Part shown: piece after piece, positions 26,913 to 36,705 of the stretch
Layout of the letters: each line of letters opens with the position of its first letter
Numbering within the stretch: the first letter of the stretch is position 1
Source of the DNA: Thermoplasmata archaeon
GTDB taxonomy: Archaea; Thermoplasmatota; Thermoplasmata; Lutacidiplasmatales; UBA184
Assembly: GCA_022750115.1 (NCBI GenBank)
Contig: JAKIWI010000001.1
Location: forward strand, 83,490-147,489
DNA: 64,000 nt
Direction of reading: 5' to 3'
The notes under the pieces: model-generated
Database searches by the model: none
Told to the model about the DNA's origin: nothing
Seen by the model: only the letters and a program-made list of their open reading frames with translations
Program-made: the position numbers and the translations under genes

Positions 26913-29135
26913 GTGACCGCAGTTGCTCCCCGAGGCCGCCGCATCCGATCGTCTCGATTTCGCCGCTCGGGCGCCCACCGCAACCAGCGGGGAGTGTCCG
27001 ACGTGGTCGCCACGATCCTGCTCCTCGCGCTCACGGTGACGCTGTTCGCCTCGGTGTTCTTCTTCATCAACACTTTCCCGCACCCGCCGGCACAGCCGGC
27101 CAACCAGTTCTCGGCGTCGCTCGCTTACAACGGCGCGAACATCATCTCGGTTCACGTCCTCCACCTCGCCGGCCCGACCATCGCTGGTGTCTCGACGACT
27201 CAGACCGCGATCTACCTCCAGTCCGCCGCCAAGCCGGCGTTGTTCGCCACTCCGTTCACCATCGCCCAGGGCCTGAACGGCTCGTCGGTCTGGTCGCTCG
27301 GCCAGACCTGGACCCTCAACCTGACGTCGTACGGCTTGACGGTCGGCGACAACCTGACGATCTCCATCATCACGCAGTCGCAGCTGCTGTTCCGCATCAC
27401 CCTCCCCGGCTCGAACCCGAACATGCCGCCGATCTTCTCGCAGGCGGGCATCAACCCGGCGAGCCCCGGCCCCAACCAGGCGTTCACGGTGTTCGTCGGC
27501 ATCACCGACAACAACCTCCGGTTCAGCTCGGTGTTCGTGAACCTCTCCCAGATCCCTGGAGTTGTGGGGAGCGGCCTCCACCAGATGGCCCTGCTCGCGA
27601 CGTCCGGCCTGTGGATCTACACGCTCGCCGCCGGTTCGATCTCGACCGGCACCTACTACGTGTTCGTGAACGCGACCGACAACTCGAGCCTGCACAACTC
27701 GATCGCGATCCCCGTCTTCATCTCGAACACCGGCGGCGGCTCCTCCGCGCTCCAGGTCCAGGTCGGCGCGAACAACACGGCGCCCGTCGCGGGACTGCCC
27801 GTCTTGCTCCAAGCCGAAGTCACCAACACGGGCGGCTCGGCCGCGACCGTCGTCGTTCAGTTCTACGTTGGCGGCAACACCGTCGGCGGCCCGCAATCGC
27901 AGGCGATCCTGGGCGGCGGCACCGCGCTCTACACGCAGGCGTGGACTCCGGCGGCCGTCGGAACGTCCTCGGTCCAGGCGCTTGCCACGATGACCGGCTC
28001 CTCGGCGGAGAGCGGGATCTCGATTACGGTCTTCCCGAAGATCCTGTTCATCGCCCACGCCTACCCGGCGGCCTCGTTCCCCGCGTCGAACACGAGCGCG
28101 AACATCGCCCAGATGCTCACCGCCGACGGGGTCCCGTACACCGCGATGTCCGTCGCCTGCGGTTCGACCCTCCCGGCCACGGCGACGCTGAGGTTGTACG
28201 GCGTCGTGATCATCGATTTCGGGAGCGCGACGGGCCTCGCCTGCGCCCAAGTCCCGCCCGGCGCCGCGGAACAGACGAAGATCACCGGCGCCGCCACGAC
28301 GACCAACTTCTGGTTGATCGGCTCGAACGCGTTCACCGCGACGGCGTGCACGAGCTACTCCGCGGCGTTCCAGACCCAATTCGGCCTGGCGACCTCGGGG
28401 ACTTGCACGACCTCGAAGTCGGCGAGCACGTCGCTCACCTACACCTCGTCCGCGACGTCCCCCGCGCTGCGGTCCGACGGGATCACCGCGGGGACACTCT
28501 CCCTCAACCAGACGTACGCGGCCTCGGCGGCGTTCCAGCCGTACTTCGCGCTGACCCTCCAAGCCTCCGGCCACGCCTGGCTGAAGGACTCCGGAGCGCT
28601 GACCGTAGGCGCGTACACGAACGCCTCGACCGACCATCAGCAGCTGATCCTCGCCACCGACCCGACGCTGATCGCGACCAAGACCCCGAACAACCAGGCG
28701 TGGGGTACGGGGACGGGCGCCGACGCGGCCGTGCTCTACAACGGCGTCAACTTCCTTTGCGGGCTGTCCACCACGACGAACGCCGGCCGTGGTCTCCTCG
28801 ACCAAGGCGTCGCCGGCGTCGTGACGATCGGCTTGAAGCACAACCTCCCCACGCAGTTCTACGTGGCGGTCCGGACGAATGGACCGTCGGGCGGGGGCGT
28901 CTTCGCGACCCTGTACGTCGGCGGCTCGCCGGCGTACTATCTCGGGTCCCTCGTCACGGGGCTCGGCACGCCCGGCGGCGCCGGCGCGTGGACGTGGATC
29001 GCATTCAACTGGAGCGCGCCGGCCGCGGGCAACTTCGTGCTGTCGGTGGGGATCACGACGGAGAACCCTGACTACTATGCGGCGAACAACCTGATCGCGA
29101 TCTCGTTCTACAACACCGCGACCGTGTTCACGTAG
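26913..29135 (+). CDS. Large archaeal type IV pilin-like surface protein (class III signal peptide, Ig/CARDB-like domains)
   Basis: RNQRG|VSDVVATILLLALTV prepilin motif; WSLGQTW pilin-domain end; Thr/Ser/Gly-rich beta domains. GTG 26913 follows GAGAGG. Confidence 0.85.
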   Translation: MTAVAPRGRRIRSSRFRRSGAHRNQRGVSDVVATILLLALTVTLFASVFFFINTFPHPPAQPANQFSASLAYNGANIISVHVLHLAGPTIAGVSTTQTAIYLQSAAKPALFATPFTIAQGLNGSSVWSLGQTWTLNLTSYGLTVGDNLTISIITQSQLLFRITLPGSNPNMPPIFSQAGINPASPGPNQAFTVFVGITDNNLRFSSVFVNLSQIPGVVGSGLHQMALLATSGLWIYTLAAGSISTGTYYVFVNATDNSSLHNSIAIPVFISNTGGGSSALQVQVGANNTAPVAGLPVLLQAEVTNTGGSAATVVVQFYVGGNTVGGPQSQAILGGGTALYTQAWTPAAVGTSSVQALATMTGSSAESGISITVFPKILFIAHAYPAASFPASNTSANIAQMLTADGVPYTAMSVACGSTLPATATLRLYGVVIIDFGSATGLACAQVPPGAAEQTKITGAATTTNFWLIGSNAFTATACTSYSAAFQTQFGLATSGTCTTSKSASTSLTYTSSATSPALRSDGITAGTLSLNQTYAASAAFQPYFALTLQASGHAWLKDSGALTVGAYTNASTDHQQLILATDPTLIATKTPNNQAWGTGTGADAAVLYNGVNFLCGLSTTTNAGRGLLDQGVAGVVTIGLKHNLPTQFYVAVRTNGPSGGGVFATLYVGGSPAYYLGSLVTGLGTPGGAGAWTWIAFNWSAPAAGNFVLSVGITTENPDYYAANNLIAISFYNTATVFT

Positions 29136-29219
29136 CGACCGGCGCCTCGCCGTCGCGACGCGGCTCCCGCGGCCCGCCCGGGCGCACCGTTACAAGCCGA
29201 AAGGGCCTCCCGGCCCGCG

Positions 29220-31841
29220 GTGTCGCGCCACGCCCTGGTCTTCCTCGCGGTCGTCCTCGTCGCGCTCCCGACGCTCACCACCTCCGGATGGGACCAGCGG
29301 CTCTCCGGGGCCTTCCCATCGCCTTCGGAATCGGTGGGGCATGACCGCGCGCTCTCCGCCCGACCTGCGGCTTCGAGCTCGCTCGGCGGGAACTGGTCGA
29401 CGTACCTGCAAAACCCGGGACGGACGGCCGCCAACCTCGCCGAACGCACCCTGAGCCCATCGAACGCCTCGCGGCTCGCCATCGAATGGAGGATCAAGTC
29501 GAACGGTTCGGACTTCGGCTCCCCGACGATCGTCAACGGCACCGTCTATGCCGGCTCGTGGGACGGAAGCGAGTACGCGATGAACGCGACGACCGGCCAC
29601 ATCCTCTGGAAGACGTTCCTCAGCACCGACCCGAACTGCAGCTGGGGGGACCCGATGGGCATCGACGGGAGCGCGGCGGTGTGGAACGGCACGGTGTTCG
29701 TCGGGGGCGGGAACGACTACTGGTACGCCCTCAACGCGACCAACGGCGCGGTCGATTGGAAGGTGAAGGTCACCGACACGACGTCCGCCGGTGGCGGGTT
29801 CAATTGGGCGAGCCCGCTCCTCTACCACGGTTACGAGTACATCGGCATCGCGAGCTGCATCGATAGCCCCCTCGTCCAGGGCCGCATGCTGATGGTGAAC
29901 CTCACTGGGAACCACTCGATCGTCCACCGGTTCAACTTCACGCCCGGCGGCGAGTTGGGAGCGACGATCTGGACGACACCCGCCGTGGACACGGCGACGA
30001 ACACTGTCTGGGTGGCGACGGGCAACGACGACGGAGTCCACTCGCAGCCGCTTTCCCAGTCGATCGTGGCGCTGAACGCGACCAACCTGAGCCTGTTGGG
30101 TTCTTGGATGGTTCCCGGCGTAAACGGAACGGATTCGGACTTCGGCGGCGGCGTGATCCTGTTCCACGACGCTTCCGGCCGAGAGCTCGTGGGGGCGGAG
30201 AACAAGAACGGCGTCTTCTACGCGCTCAACCGGTCGAACGTCACGTCGAACGGCTCGTGGGGACCGGTGTGGAACATCCCGACCGCGAGCGGCTTCTCTC
30301 CGGCCTCGTTCGATGGGACGACGCTCTACCTCGGCGGCGCCGGGGCCACGTTGAACGGCACGTCCTACGCGGGAACGGTCGAGGCGATCGACCCATCGGA
30401 CGGGTCGGTGAAGTGGACGCAGGGAACGGGAGGTCCGATCGACGCGGGTCTCGCGTACGCGAACGGCCTCGTCGCGGAGGGTTCAGGAGGCACCCTCGAG
30501 GTCATGAACGCCTCTTCGGGGGGGATTCTCTCCACCCTCGCGGTCCCCTCGGGCCAGTCCATCGAGGGCGCCGCGAGCATCGAGAACGGCCAGGTGTTCT
30601 TCGAGTCGGGCGATTTCTCGAGCCACGGGACGTTCCTCGCCGCGGGCATCCCGCTGGCGTCCGCGTCCCTCGTCGCCCAACCGCCGAATGGGAGCGCTCC
30701 CCTCAACATCTCCTTCGTCGGCGTCGTCGCAGGAGGGCTTCCGCCCTACAATTTCAGCTGGTCGTTCGGCGATGGCCAGACGGGATACGGGGCGGCTCCG
30801 GTCCACGCGTACCCCGCCATGGGGAGCTACAACGTCTCGGTCGTGGTACGGGATATGCGGAACGCGACCCAGACGGCGAACTCCAATGTGATCGTGACCC
30901 CCCCGCTTTCGGCGTCGTCCGCAGCAGTCCCCTCGATAGGGCCCGCACCCCTTACCGTGACGTTCACGGGGACGGCGGCGAACGGAGCCGGCGGCCCCTA
31001 CCGGTACACCTGGTCGTTCTCCGACCAGGGCGCGACGGCCACCGGGAGCGTGGTCACCCACACGTTCCACTCCGCGGGGACCTACTCCGTCGTCCTGACC
31101 GTGCACGACCTCTCGAACGGCACGATCACGAGCTCGGTCCAGGTCGTGGCGACCTCGGCGTTCCTCGCGAGCGCCCTCGCCACACCGACGACCGGCACGG
31201 TCCCCCTCCAGGTCGCTTTTCAAGCGCTCGGCAGCTTCGGCCAGGCGCCGTACCAGTTCCAGTGGGCGTTCGGAGACGGCAGCGCGAACTCCACCGGCCG
31301 GTTCGCGAACCACACCTACCTGAGCACGGGGTCGTTCAATGCCACGCTCCAGGCGAGCGATGCGCTCGGGACCGAGCACAACCTCAGCGTCCCGATCGTC
31401 GTGACCGCGGTTCCCCCGGCGCTCTTCACGTCGTACACGGAGGTGAACTCCTCGATCACCACGTGTCCGGGCCCGTCGTTCACGGTGCATCTCGTGGCGG
31501 TCTCGAGCGGCGGCACTCCGCCGTATGTCGACACCTGGACGTTCGGGGACAGCTCCCCACTCCAGCGGGGTGGGACGGCGAACCACACCTACACCAGCGC
31601 CGGCACCTTCGAGCTCACGCTGACCACGAACGACTCGGCCGGAGGCTCCACGACGGCGTCCGGCGTGGTCACGGTCCAGCTGGCGACGTGTCCGGTCGGG
31701 ACACACCCGCTCCCGCACTCCACGCCCCAGGGCGGGCTCCTCGCCTGGCAGTATGCGCTCGCGGGCGGCCTCGCCGTCGTCGTCCTCGCCGCGGCGGTCG
31801 TCGTCCTGTGGCGACGGCGCCGCGCGCCGCCGCCGAGCTAG
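29220..31841 (+). CDS. PQQ-type beta-propeller plus about 4 PKD domains, membrane-anchored surface protein
   Basis: Signal peptide; repeated YALNATNG..W blades; WSFGDG...H.Y...G.Y PKD motifs; C-terminal TM followed by RRRR. Confidence 0.88.
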   Translation: MSRHALVFLAVVLVALPTLTTSGWDQRLSGAFPSPSESVGHDRALSARPAASSSLGGNWSTYLQNPGRTAANLAERTLSPSNASRLAIEWRIKSNGSDFGSPTIVNGTVYAGSWDGSEYAMNATTGHILWKTFLSTDPNCSWGDPMGIDGSAAVWNGTVFVGGGNDYWYALNATNGAVDWKVKVTDTTSAGGGFNWASPLLYHGYEYIGIASCIDSPLVQGRMLMVNLTGNHSIVHRFNFTPGGELGATIWTTPAVDTATNTVWVATGNDDGVHSQPLSQSIVALNATNLSLLGSWMVPGVNGTDSDFGGGVILFHDASGRELVGAENKNGVFYALNRSNVTSNGSWGPVWNIPTASGFSPASFDGTTLYLGGAGATLNGTSYAGTVEAIDPSDGSVKWTQGTGGPIDAGLAYANGLVAEGSGGTLEVMNASSGGILSTLAVPSGQSIEGAASIENGQVFFESGDFSSHGTFLAAGIPLASASLVAQPPNGSAPLNISFVGVVAGGLPPYNFSWSFGDGQTGYGAAPVHAYPAMGSYNVSVVVRDMRNATQTANSNVIVTPPLSASSAAVPSIGPAPLTVTFTGTAANGAGGPYRYTWSFSDQGATATGSVVTHTFHSAGTYSVVLTVHDLSNGTITSSVQVVATSAFLASALATPTTGTVPLQVAFQALGSFGQAPYQFQWAFGDGSANSTGRFANHTYLSTGSFNATLQASDALGTEHNLSVPIVVTAVPPALFTSYTEVNSSITTCPGPSFTVHLVAVSSGGTPPYVDTWTFGDSSPLQRGGTANHTYTSAGTFELTLTTNDSAGGSTTASGVVTVQLATCPVGTHPLPHSTPQGGLLAWQYALAGGLAVVVLAAAVVVLWRRRRAPPPS

Positions 31842-31849
31842 GCGCGCGC

Positions 31850-34162
31850 CTACCGGTCCATCCGACGGACCACGACGATGGCGACCGCGATCATCGCGGC
31901 GCCCCCGAGGACCGCGAGCGCCACGACGGCCGTGTCCGCGCCGATCGAGCTCGACGAGCCGCCGTTGGTGCTCGGGTGGGTCGTCTCGTTGTTGCTCGCG
32001 GCGGCCGCACTGACGGAGACGTGGAACTGCTGGCTCACGGAGATCCCGCGGTGGTCGACGACGGTGAACGTCGCATCGTACGAACCGGCGGACGCGTAGG
32101 CGTGGGTCGCGTCGATGGTCGCCGCGGCGTGCTGGTCCCCGAAGTCCCAGACCGAGGTGTACGGAGCCTCGCCGCCATTGACGGTTCCCGAGAACGAGAC
32201 GCTCGAGTTCGCGACGGCGGTCGGCGGGGCCGTCCCGCTCGCGCTCAGGCCCGGCCCGACGGTGATGTTGACCCAGGAGGTGTGCAGGATCCCGCGCGCG
32301 TCGGTGACGGTGAAGGTCGTGGTGAGCGCGCCGGGGATCGTGAACGTGTGGTTCACGGCCGTTCCGGTCGCGGTCGACCCGTCGCCGAACGCCCACGCCG
32401 TCGTGTACGGCAGCACGCCGCCGGACATCGATGAACTGAACCAGACCTGGAGCGGGGCCGCTCCGTCGGTGGCCGACGCCACGACGCCGCTCCCCAGAGG
32501 CGCGATGACCAGAGGCTCCGCCACGATCGTGAACGTGTCGTTCCAGCTCGCCCCGGCCGAGTCCGTGACGTTCACGGTGGCGGTGAACGTTCCGGACGCC
32601 CCGTAGACGAACGACGTCGTGTCCGACGTGCTGGTGTTCGTCCCGGCGCCGGCCGACCACAGGACGTCGTAGGGCGCGCTGCCGCCCGACGCGGCGAAGG
32701 AGCATTGGACCGTGAGCGGCACGACCCCGGTCGTCGGGAACGCCTGCGCCGACGCCGTCAAGGGCGCGATCACGCGGACGAAGAACGACGTGCTGGCGGA
32801 GCTACCGTTCGCATCGTTCGCCCAGACCGTCGCCATGTAGCGTCCGGGAGTCCCGTAGAAGTTGCTGGTCGCGGGCTCGGTCGAGGAGTTGCCGTCGCCG
32901 AACTCCCACAGGTAGCTGATGGTGCCGCTTCCGCCGACCGCGGTGGCGTCAAACCCGACCCGGATCGACCCGGTGGAGTACGACGCCGTGTCGTTCGCCG
33001 TGAGGTTGACCCCCGCATACACCCAGGTGTCGGTGAGGTCGCCGAGCGCGCCAGATCCTCCCCAGAGAATGACCTGTGCGGCGGACGGGTCGTAGGCCAT
33101 CTCGCCGAAGAATCGGGGGAGCGGTGCGTCGTTCGGGTGGCTGGGGGTCCACTGGTCGCCGGAGAACAGCCAGGTGTCCCCGAACGTCTGGGCGCCGCTT
33201 CCTCCGAACAGAACCAGGGAGGAGATGGCCACGTCATAGGAGAAGCTCGCCATCGACCGAGCGCTCGGGTGAACCGATTCGGTGAGCTGGGTCCAGTTGT
33301 TGGCGTGGAACGCCCAGGTGTCGGAGTCGGTCCCGGCGGCGTAGTCGTCGCCGCCGAACAGGATGACTTGGTTGTCCGCCGCATCGTAGCGGAGCGCGAC
33401 GTTCTCCCGGGCCGACGGAGCGGAGCTGAGGCTGACCTGGGTCCAGTTCCCGCCAACGAACGTCCACGTGTCGCCAATGGCGCTCCCGGCGCAGCCACCG
33501 AAGAGGACCATCTCGTTGTCGGCCCCGTCCCAGGTCATCGCCGACGCCCAGCGGGCCGACGGATGGGTCGAGGGGGTGAGTTGCGTCCAATTGCCGTGGA
33601 GGAACGTCCAGGTGTCGCCGTAGTCGCCGCCGTTGCCCGAGCCGCCGAACAGCAGGACGTAGCCGTCGATCGGGTCCCAGGCGAGCGTGGAGTGGTCGCG
33701 AGCGGTCGGGGAGGCCTTCGGGTGGATCTGGGTCCAGCTCCCGTTCGCGTAGGTCCACGTGTCGCCGAGGTAGCCGCCTCCCGACCCGTAGCCGCCGAAC
33801 ATGAGCAGGTAGTGGTCGATGGGGTCGTAGGCGAACGAGCGGCCGTAACTTCGCGGAGCGGGGGACTTCCCCGAGGTGTTCGTCACGTTGTCCCACCCGG
33901 GAACGCCGGTGGCGGTCGCGTTTTGGCCCGGGCCGATCGCGCCCGTGGCGGAGCGGAGCGAAGCATGGGAGATCGCGGGGGACGGAGCAGCGAGGGCCGA
34001 GGCCGCCGCCAGTCGGGCGGGGGCCCCCGTCACGATGGAGTGAGCTGCCGAGTGGGGGATGGGCGCGAACGCCGAGGCCCCGAGCAGCGTGCCGAGCGCG
34101 AGGAGGACAAGAACCGAGGTCGACCAGGCAAGAGTTCGTCGGCCAAAGATCGATGTCGTCAC
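31850..34162 (-). CDS. Six-bladed Kelch-repeat plus about 4 PKD domains, membrane-anchored surface protein
   Basis: Six P.AR....A[YW]D....LFGG....DTW.F....WTQ repeats; W.FGD PKD motifs; C-terminal TM. Confidence 0.9.
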   Translation of the reverse strand: MTTSIFGRRTLAWSTSVLVLLALGTLLGASAFAPIPHSAAHSIVTGAPARLAAASALAAPSPAISHASLRSATGAIGPGQNATATGVPGWDNVTNTSGKSPAPRSYGRSFAYDPIDHYLLMFGGYGSGGGYLGDTWTYANGSWTQIHPKASPTARDHSTLAWDPIDGYVLLFGGSGNGGDYGDTWTFLHGNWTQLTPSTHPSARWASAMTWDGADNEMVLFGGCAGSAIGDTWTFVGGNWTQVSLSSAPSARENVALRYDAADNQVILFGGDDYAAGTDSDTWAFHANNWTQLTESVHPSARSMASFSYDVAISSLVLFGGSGAQTFGDTWLFSGDQWTPSHPNDAPLPRFFGEMAYDPSAAQVILWGGSGALGDLTDTWVYAGVNLTANDTASYSTGSIRVGFDATAVGGSGTISYLWEFGDGNSSTEPATSNFYGTPGRYMATVWANDANGSSASTSFFVRVIAPLTASAQAFPTTGVVPLTVQCSFAASGGSAPYDVLWSAGAGTNTSTSDTTSFVYGASGTFTATVNVTDSAGASWNDTFTIVAEPLVIAPLGSGVVASATDGAAPLQVWFSSSMSGGVLPYTTAWAFGDGSTATGTAVNHTFTIPGALTTTFTVTDARGILHTSWVNITVGPGLSASGTAPPTAVANSSVSFSGTVNGGEAPYTSVWDFGDQHAAATIDATHAYASAGSYDATFTVVDHRGISVSQQFHVSVSAAAASNNETTHPSTNGGSSSSIGADTAVVALAVLGGAAMIAVAIVVVRRMDR

Positions 34163-34259
34163 GGCTACTCCCCGTTCGGCGATGCCGCGGGGGTAGTTCC
34201 GTCTTTGGACCGCCCACCGAGCCGGTCGGCGTCGTCCGGACGAACCGGGCGAGCCCCGG

Positions 34260-35354
34260 TCAGCTCCCGCCGGACTTCAGGGGGGTGCCGGCGCCGGGGC
34301 TCAGCGGAGCTCCGCACTTCCAGCAGTTCTTCTCATCCGGGTACACGACAGCGCCGCACTTGGGACAACTCGACTCGGCCCGACGGGCCGCTCCGGTTAC
34401 GGCGGGCGAGGCGCTCGGCGGGGGAGTCCCCCCGGTCGAGCTCGGCGGGGCTCCGGTCGTCGGAGGGATCATCTCCGCGTCCGAGGCGGCCCGCTGCGCT
34501 TTGCGACGCGCTTCGCGGCTCTTCAGGAATACGTAGACGAGGAGGGCGAGGAAGAAAACGATCCCCGGATAGAACAGGATGTCGATGGCGGTCTGGGGCA
34601 GCAGGAGCTGGTACGTCGTCGCCCACGTGCCGGTGATCGGGCCCTGCACCGCCCCGTAGGCGTTCGGGACGGCGAGGAAGATCCACTGGTAGGTCGTGTT
34701 CGTCTTGTTGGCGCTCGCGTTGAACGTCGTCGCGCGCGCGAGGAGCCCCATCTGCCACCACCAGATGTTCGGGCCAGGGAGGTTCACGTGGAACGTCACG
34801 GGCGTCGGGGACGCGCTCACCGTCGTGACGTTCTGACCGACCGGGTAGAACGGGTAGCCGGAGCCGCAGAACGGAGAGGAGTTCCCCGTCGCGCCTGGGC
34901 AGGTACTGACGTAGACCCACAGTTGGTACGGCGTGTAGTTCGTCGGAAGTCGATTCGGATACAGGTCGACGGTGAACGCGAAAGCCGAGCCGCCGGCCCC
35001 GTTGTAGGGCGTGGCGGTGGCGTTGGTCAGAACCGGTGCACCGGTGGAGGTGTTGCCGTGATCCGTCGAGGAGTTCACGGCGGGGCTCGGCGTCATCGCC
35101 TCGGATGTGAGGCCGTAGTTGACGATCGGCGCCGCGAGGAGCAGCGCGGCGATACCCAGGATCGCGAGGTGCTTGGGGACCTTCCAGCCGAGGTAGATCG
35201 GAAGCCCGAGCCCGGCAAGGAGGAACGTCGGGATCGCGAAGTACGGCCCGAGGTAGAAGAACGACGCCGCGAGGGTCGCGAGGGCGATCAGGAACAGGAC
35301 GATCTTGCCGGCGCGGGTCTGCACCAGCGCCTTCAAGCTGACCGCTCGCGGCAC
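34260..35354 (-). CDS. Membrane protein with an extracellular domain and a C-terminal cytoplasmic zinc ribbon
   Basis: Three N-terminal TMs, a sequon-rich domain, one TM, then CPKCG...CWKCG. GTG at 35354. Confidence 0.75.
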   Translation of the reverse strand: MPRAVSLKALVQTRAGKIVLFLIALATLAASFFYLGPYFAIPTFLLAGLGLPIYLGWKVPKHLAILGIAALLLAAPIVNYGLTSEAMTPSPAVNSSTDHGNTSTGAPVLTNATATPYNGAGGSAFAFTVDLYPNRLPTNYTPYQLWVYVSTCPGATGNSSPFCGSGYPFYPVGQNVTTVSASPTPVTFHVNLPGPNIWWWQMGLLARATTFNASANKTNTTYQWIFLAVPNAYGAVQGPITGTWATTYQLLLPQTAIDILFYPGIVFFLALLVYVFLKSREARRKAQRAASDAEMIPPTTGAPPSSTGGTPPPSASPAVTGAARRAESSCPKCGAVVYPDEKNCWKCGAPLSPGAGTPLKSGGS

Positions 35355-35379
35355 GGAACGGCCTCCGAGCGGGCCACGG

Positions 35380-35388
35380 CATATAAGG
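35380..35388. promoter_or_regulatory. Probable shared bidirectional TATA box (CATATAAGG)
   Basis: Lies about 27 nt from GTG 35354 (-) and about 25 nt from TTG 35410 (+). Confidence 0.55.
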
Positions 35389-35409
35389 GAACCGCGAGTC
35401 GCCGGCTCG

Positions 35410-36705
35410 TTGGCCGCAGATCGGTTCGCTCTGATCATCCTCGACGGACTCGGCGACCGCCCGCACCCGGCGACCGGGGGGGTCAGCCCGGTGGAGGCGG
35501 CGAGCACGCCGAATCTGGACCGGCTGGTGGCGCAAGGGTCGATCGGCCGCGTCACGGTCGTCGGTCCGGGAATCGCGCCCGAGTCGGACGCCGGTGTGTT
35601 CGCGCTCCTGGGCTACGACCCGGTGCACGACTCGCCCGGTCGCGGGGTGTTGGAGGCGCTGGGGGTCGGAGTGGACCTCGTTCCCGGGGACGTGGCGCTC
35701 CGGCTCAACTTCGCGACGGCCGACGGTTCCGGGGCGATCCTCGACTCCCGGGTCGGGAGGACTCTTACGACCGAACACTCGCGGGCGTTGGCCGAGGCGT
35801 TGACGCAAGCGGACCTGCTGGCCGATCAGGGGATCCGTGCCGAGGTCCGGGCCACCGTCGGTCACCGCGGCGTCCTGTGGCTCCATTCGATGGACGGGCG
35901 AGCGCTCTCGCCCGAAGTGTCGAATTCCGACCCGTACTACGAGCGAGTCGGCGGCATGGGGCGCGCTCGGATGCCGACCGACGCTCGACCGATTCCCGTG
36001 CGAGCCCTGGACGGCTCGGACGCGGCGAAACGGACGGCGGCGGCCATCGACCAGTGGCTCGCGCGCGCGGCCGCTCGACTCGCCGGGCACTCGGTCAACG
36101 CCCGCCGGGCCGTGGCGGGGCAGAAGGTCGCCAACACCATCCTGGTCCGCAACGCCGGTTCGCTTCCGAAGACGCCGCCCCTCTCGTTCGAGCAGAAGCA
36201 CGGTCTCCGCGGCGCAGCCGTCACGGAAATGCCGGTCGAACGAGGGATCGCCCGATGCCTCGGGCTTCAGGACCGGTTCGTGGGCCCGATGGGACGCGAC
36301 CGCGACGCCTCCTTGGCGGAGCGATCGGTCGTCACGCTCGACGCGCTCCGCGAGTCTCCGTTCGTCTACCTCCACCTGAAGGGGCCCGATGAGCCCGGCC
36401 ACGACGGCGACGCCCCGGCGAAGAAATCGGTCGTCGAAGCGCTGGACCGGTCGTTCTTTGGTCCCTTCCTCGCGGGTGTCGATTGGTCGCGGACCCGGGT
36501 CGCTGTGACGGCCGACCACGCCACGCCATGCTCGCTCAAGGGGCACGCCGACGACCCGGTTCCGTTCGTGCTGGCGGGGGCCGGCGTCGCTCCCTCTCCG
36601 CCGAGCGGGAAGTTCGGGGAGAGCCTCGCGGCTCGTGGGGCTCTGGGGGACCACCGGGGCGCCGAGGTGGTCGACCTGTTGCTCGGGCGCCCTGCCCGTT
36701 CATGA
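35410..36705 (+). CDS. apgM: 2,3-bisphosphoglycerate-independent phosphoglycerate mutase (archaeal type)
   Basis: LIILDGLGD, TPNLD, APESD, GRGVLEALG, HLKGPDEPGHDGD, TADHATP and HADDPVP motifs. Confidence 0.93.
   Translation: MAADRFALIILDGLGDRPHPATGGVSPVEAASTPNLDRLVAQGSIGRVTVVGPGIAPESDAGVFALLGYDPVHDSPGRGVLEALGVGVDLVPGDVALRLNFATADGSGAILDSRVGRTLTTEHSRALAEALTQADLLADQGIRAEVRATVGHRGVLWLHSMDGRALSPEVSNSDPYYERVGGMGRARMPTDARPIPVRALDGSDAAKRTAAAIDQWLARAAARLAGHSVNARRAVAGQKVANTILVRNAGSLPKTPPLSFEQKHGLRGAAVTEMPVERGIARCLGLQDRFVGPMGRDRDASLAERSVVTLDALRESPFVYLHLKGPDEPGHDGDAPAKKSVVEALDRSFFGPFLAGVDWSRTRVAVTADHATPCSLKGHADDPVPFVLAGAGVAPSPPSGKFGESLAARGALGDHRGAEVVDLLLGRPARS

Noticed and set aside
33020-33870. Periodic DNA repeats that might suggest a CRISPR array
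   Set aside because: They are degenerate coding Kelch repeats (~150 nt period), not identical repeats with spacers.
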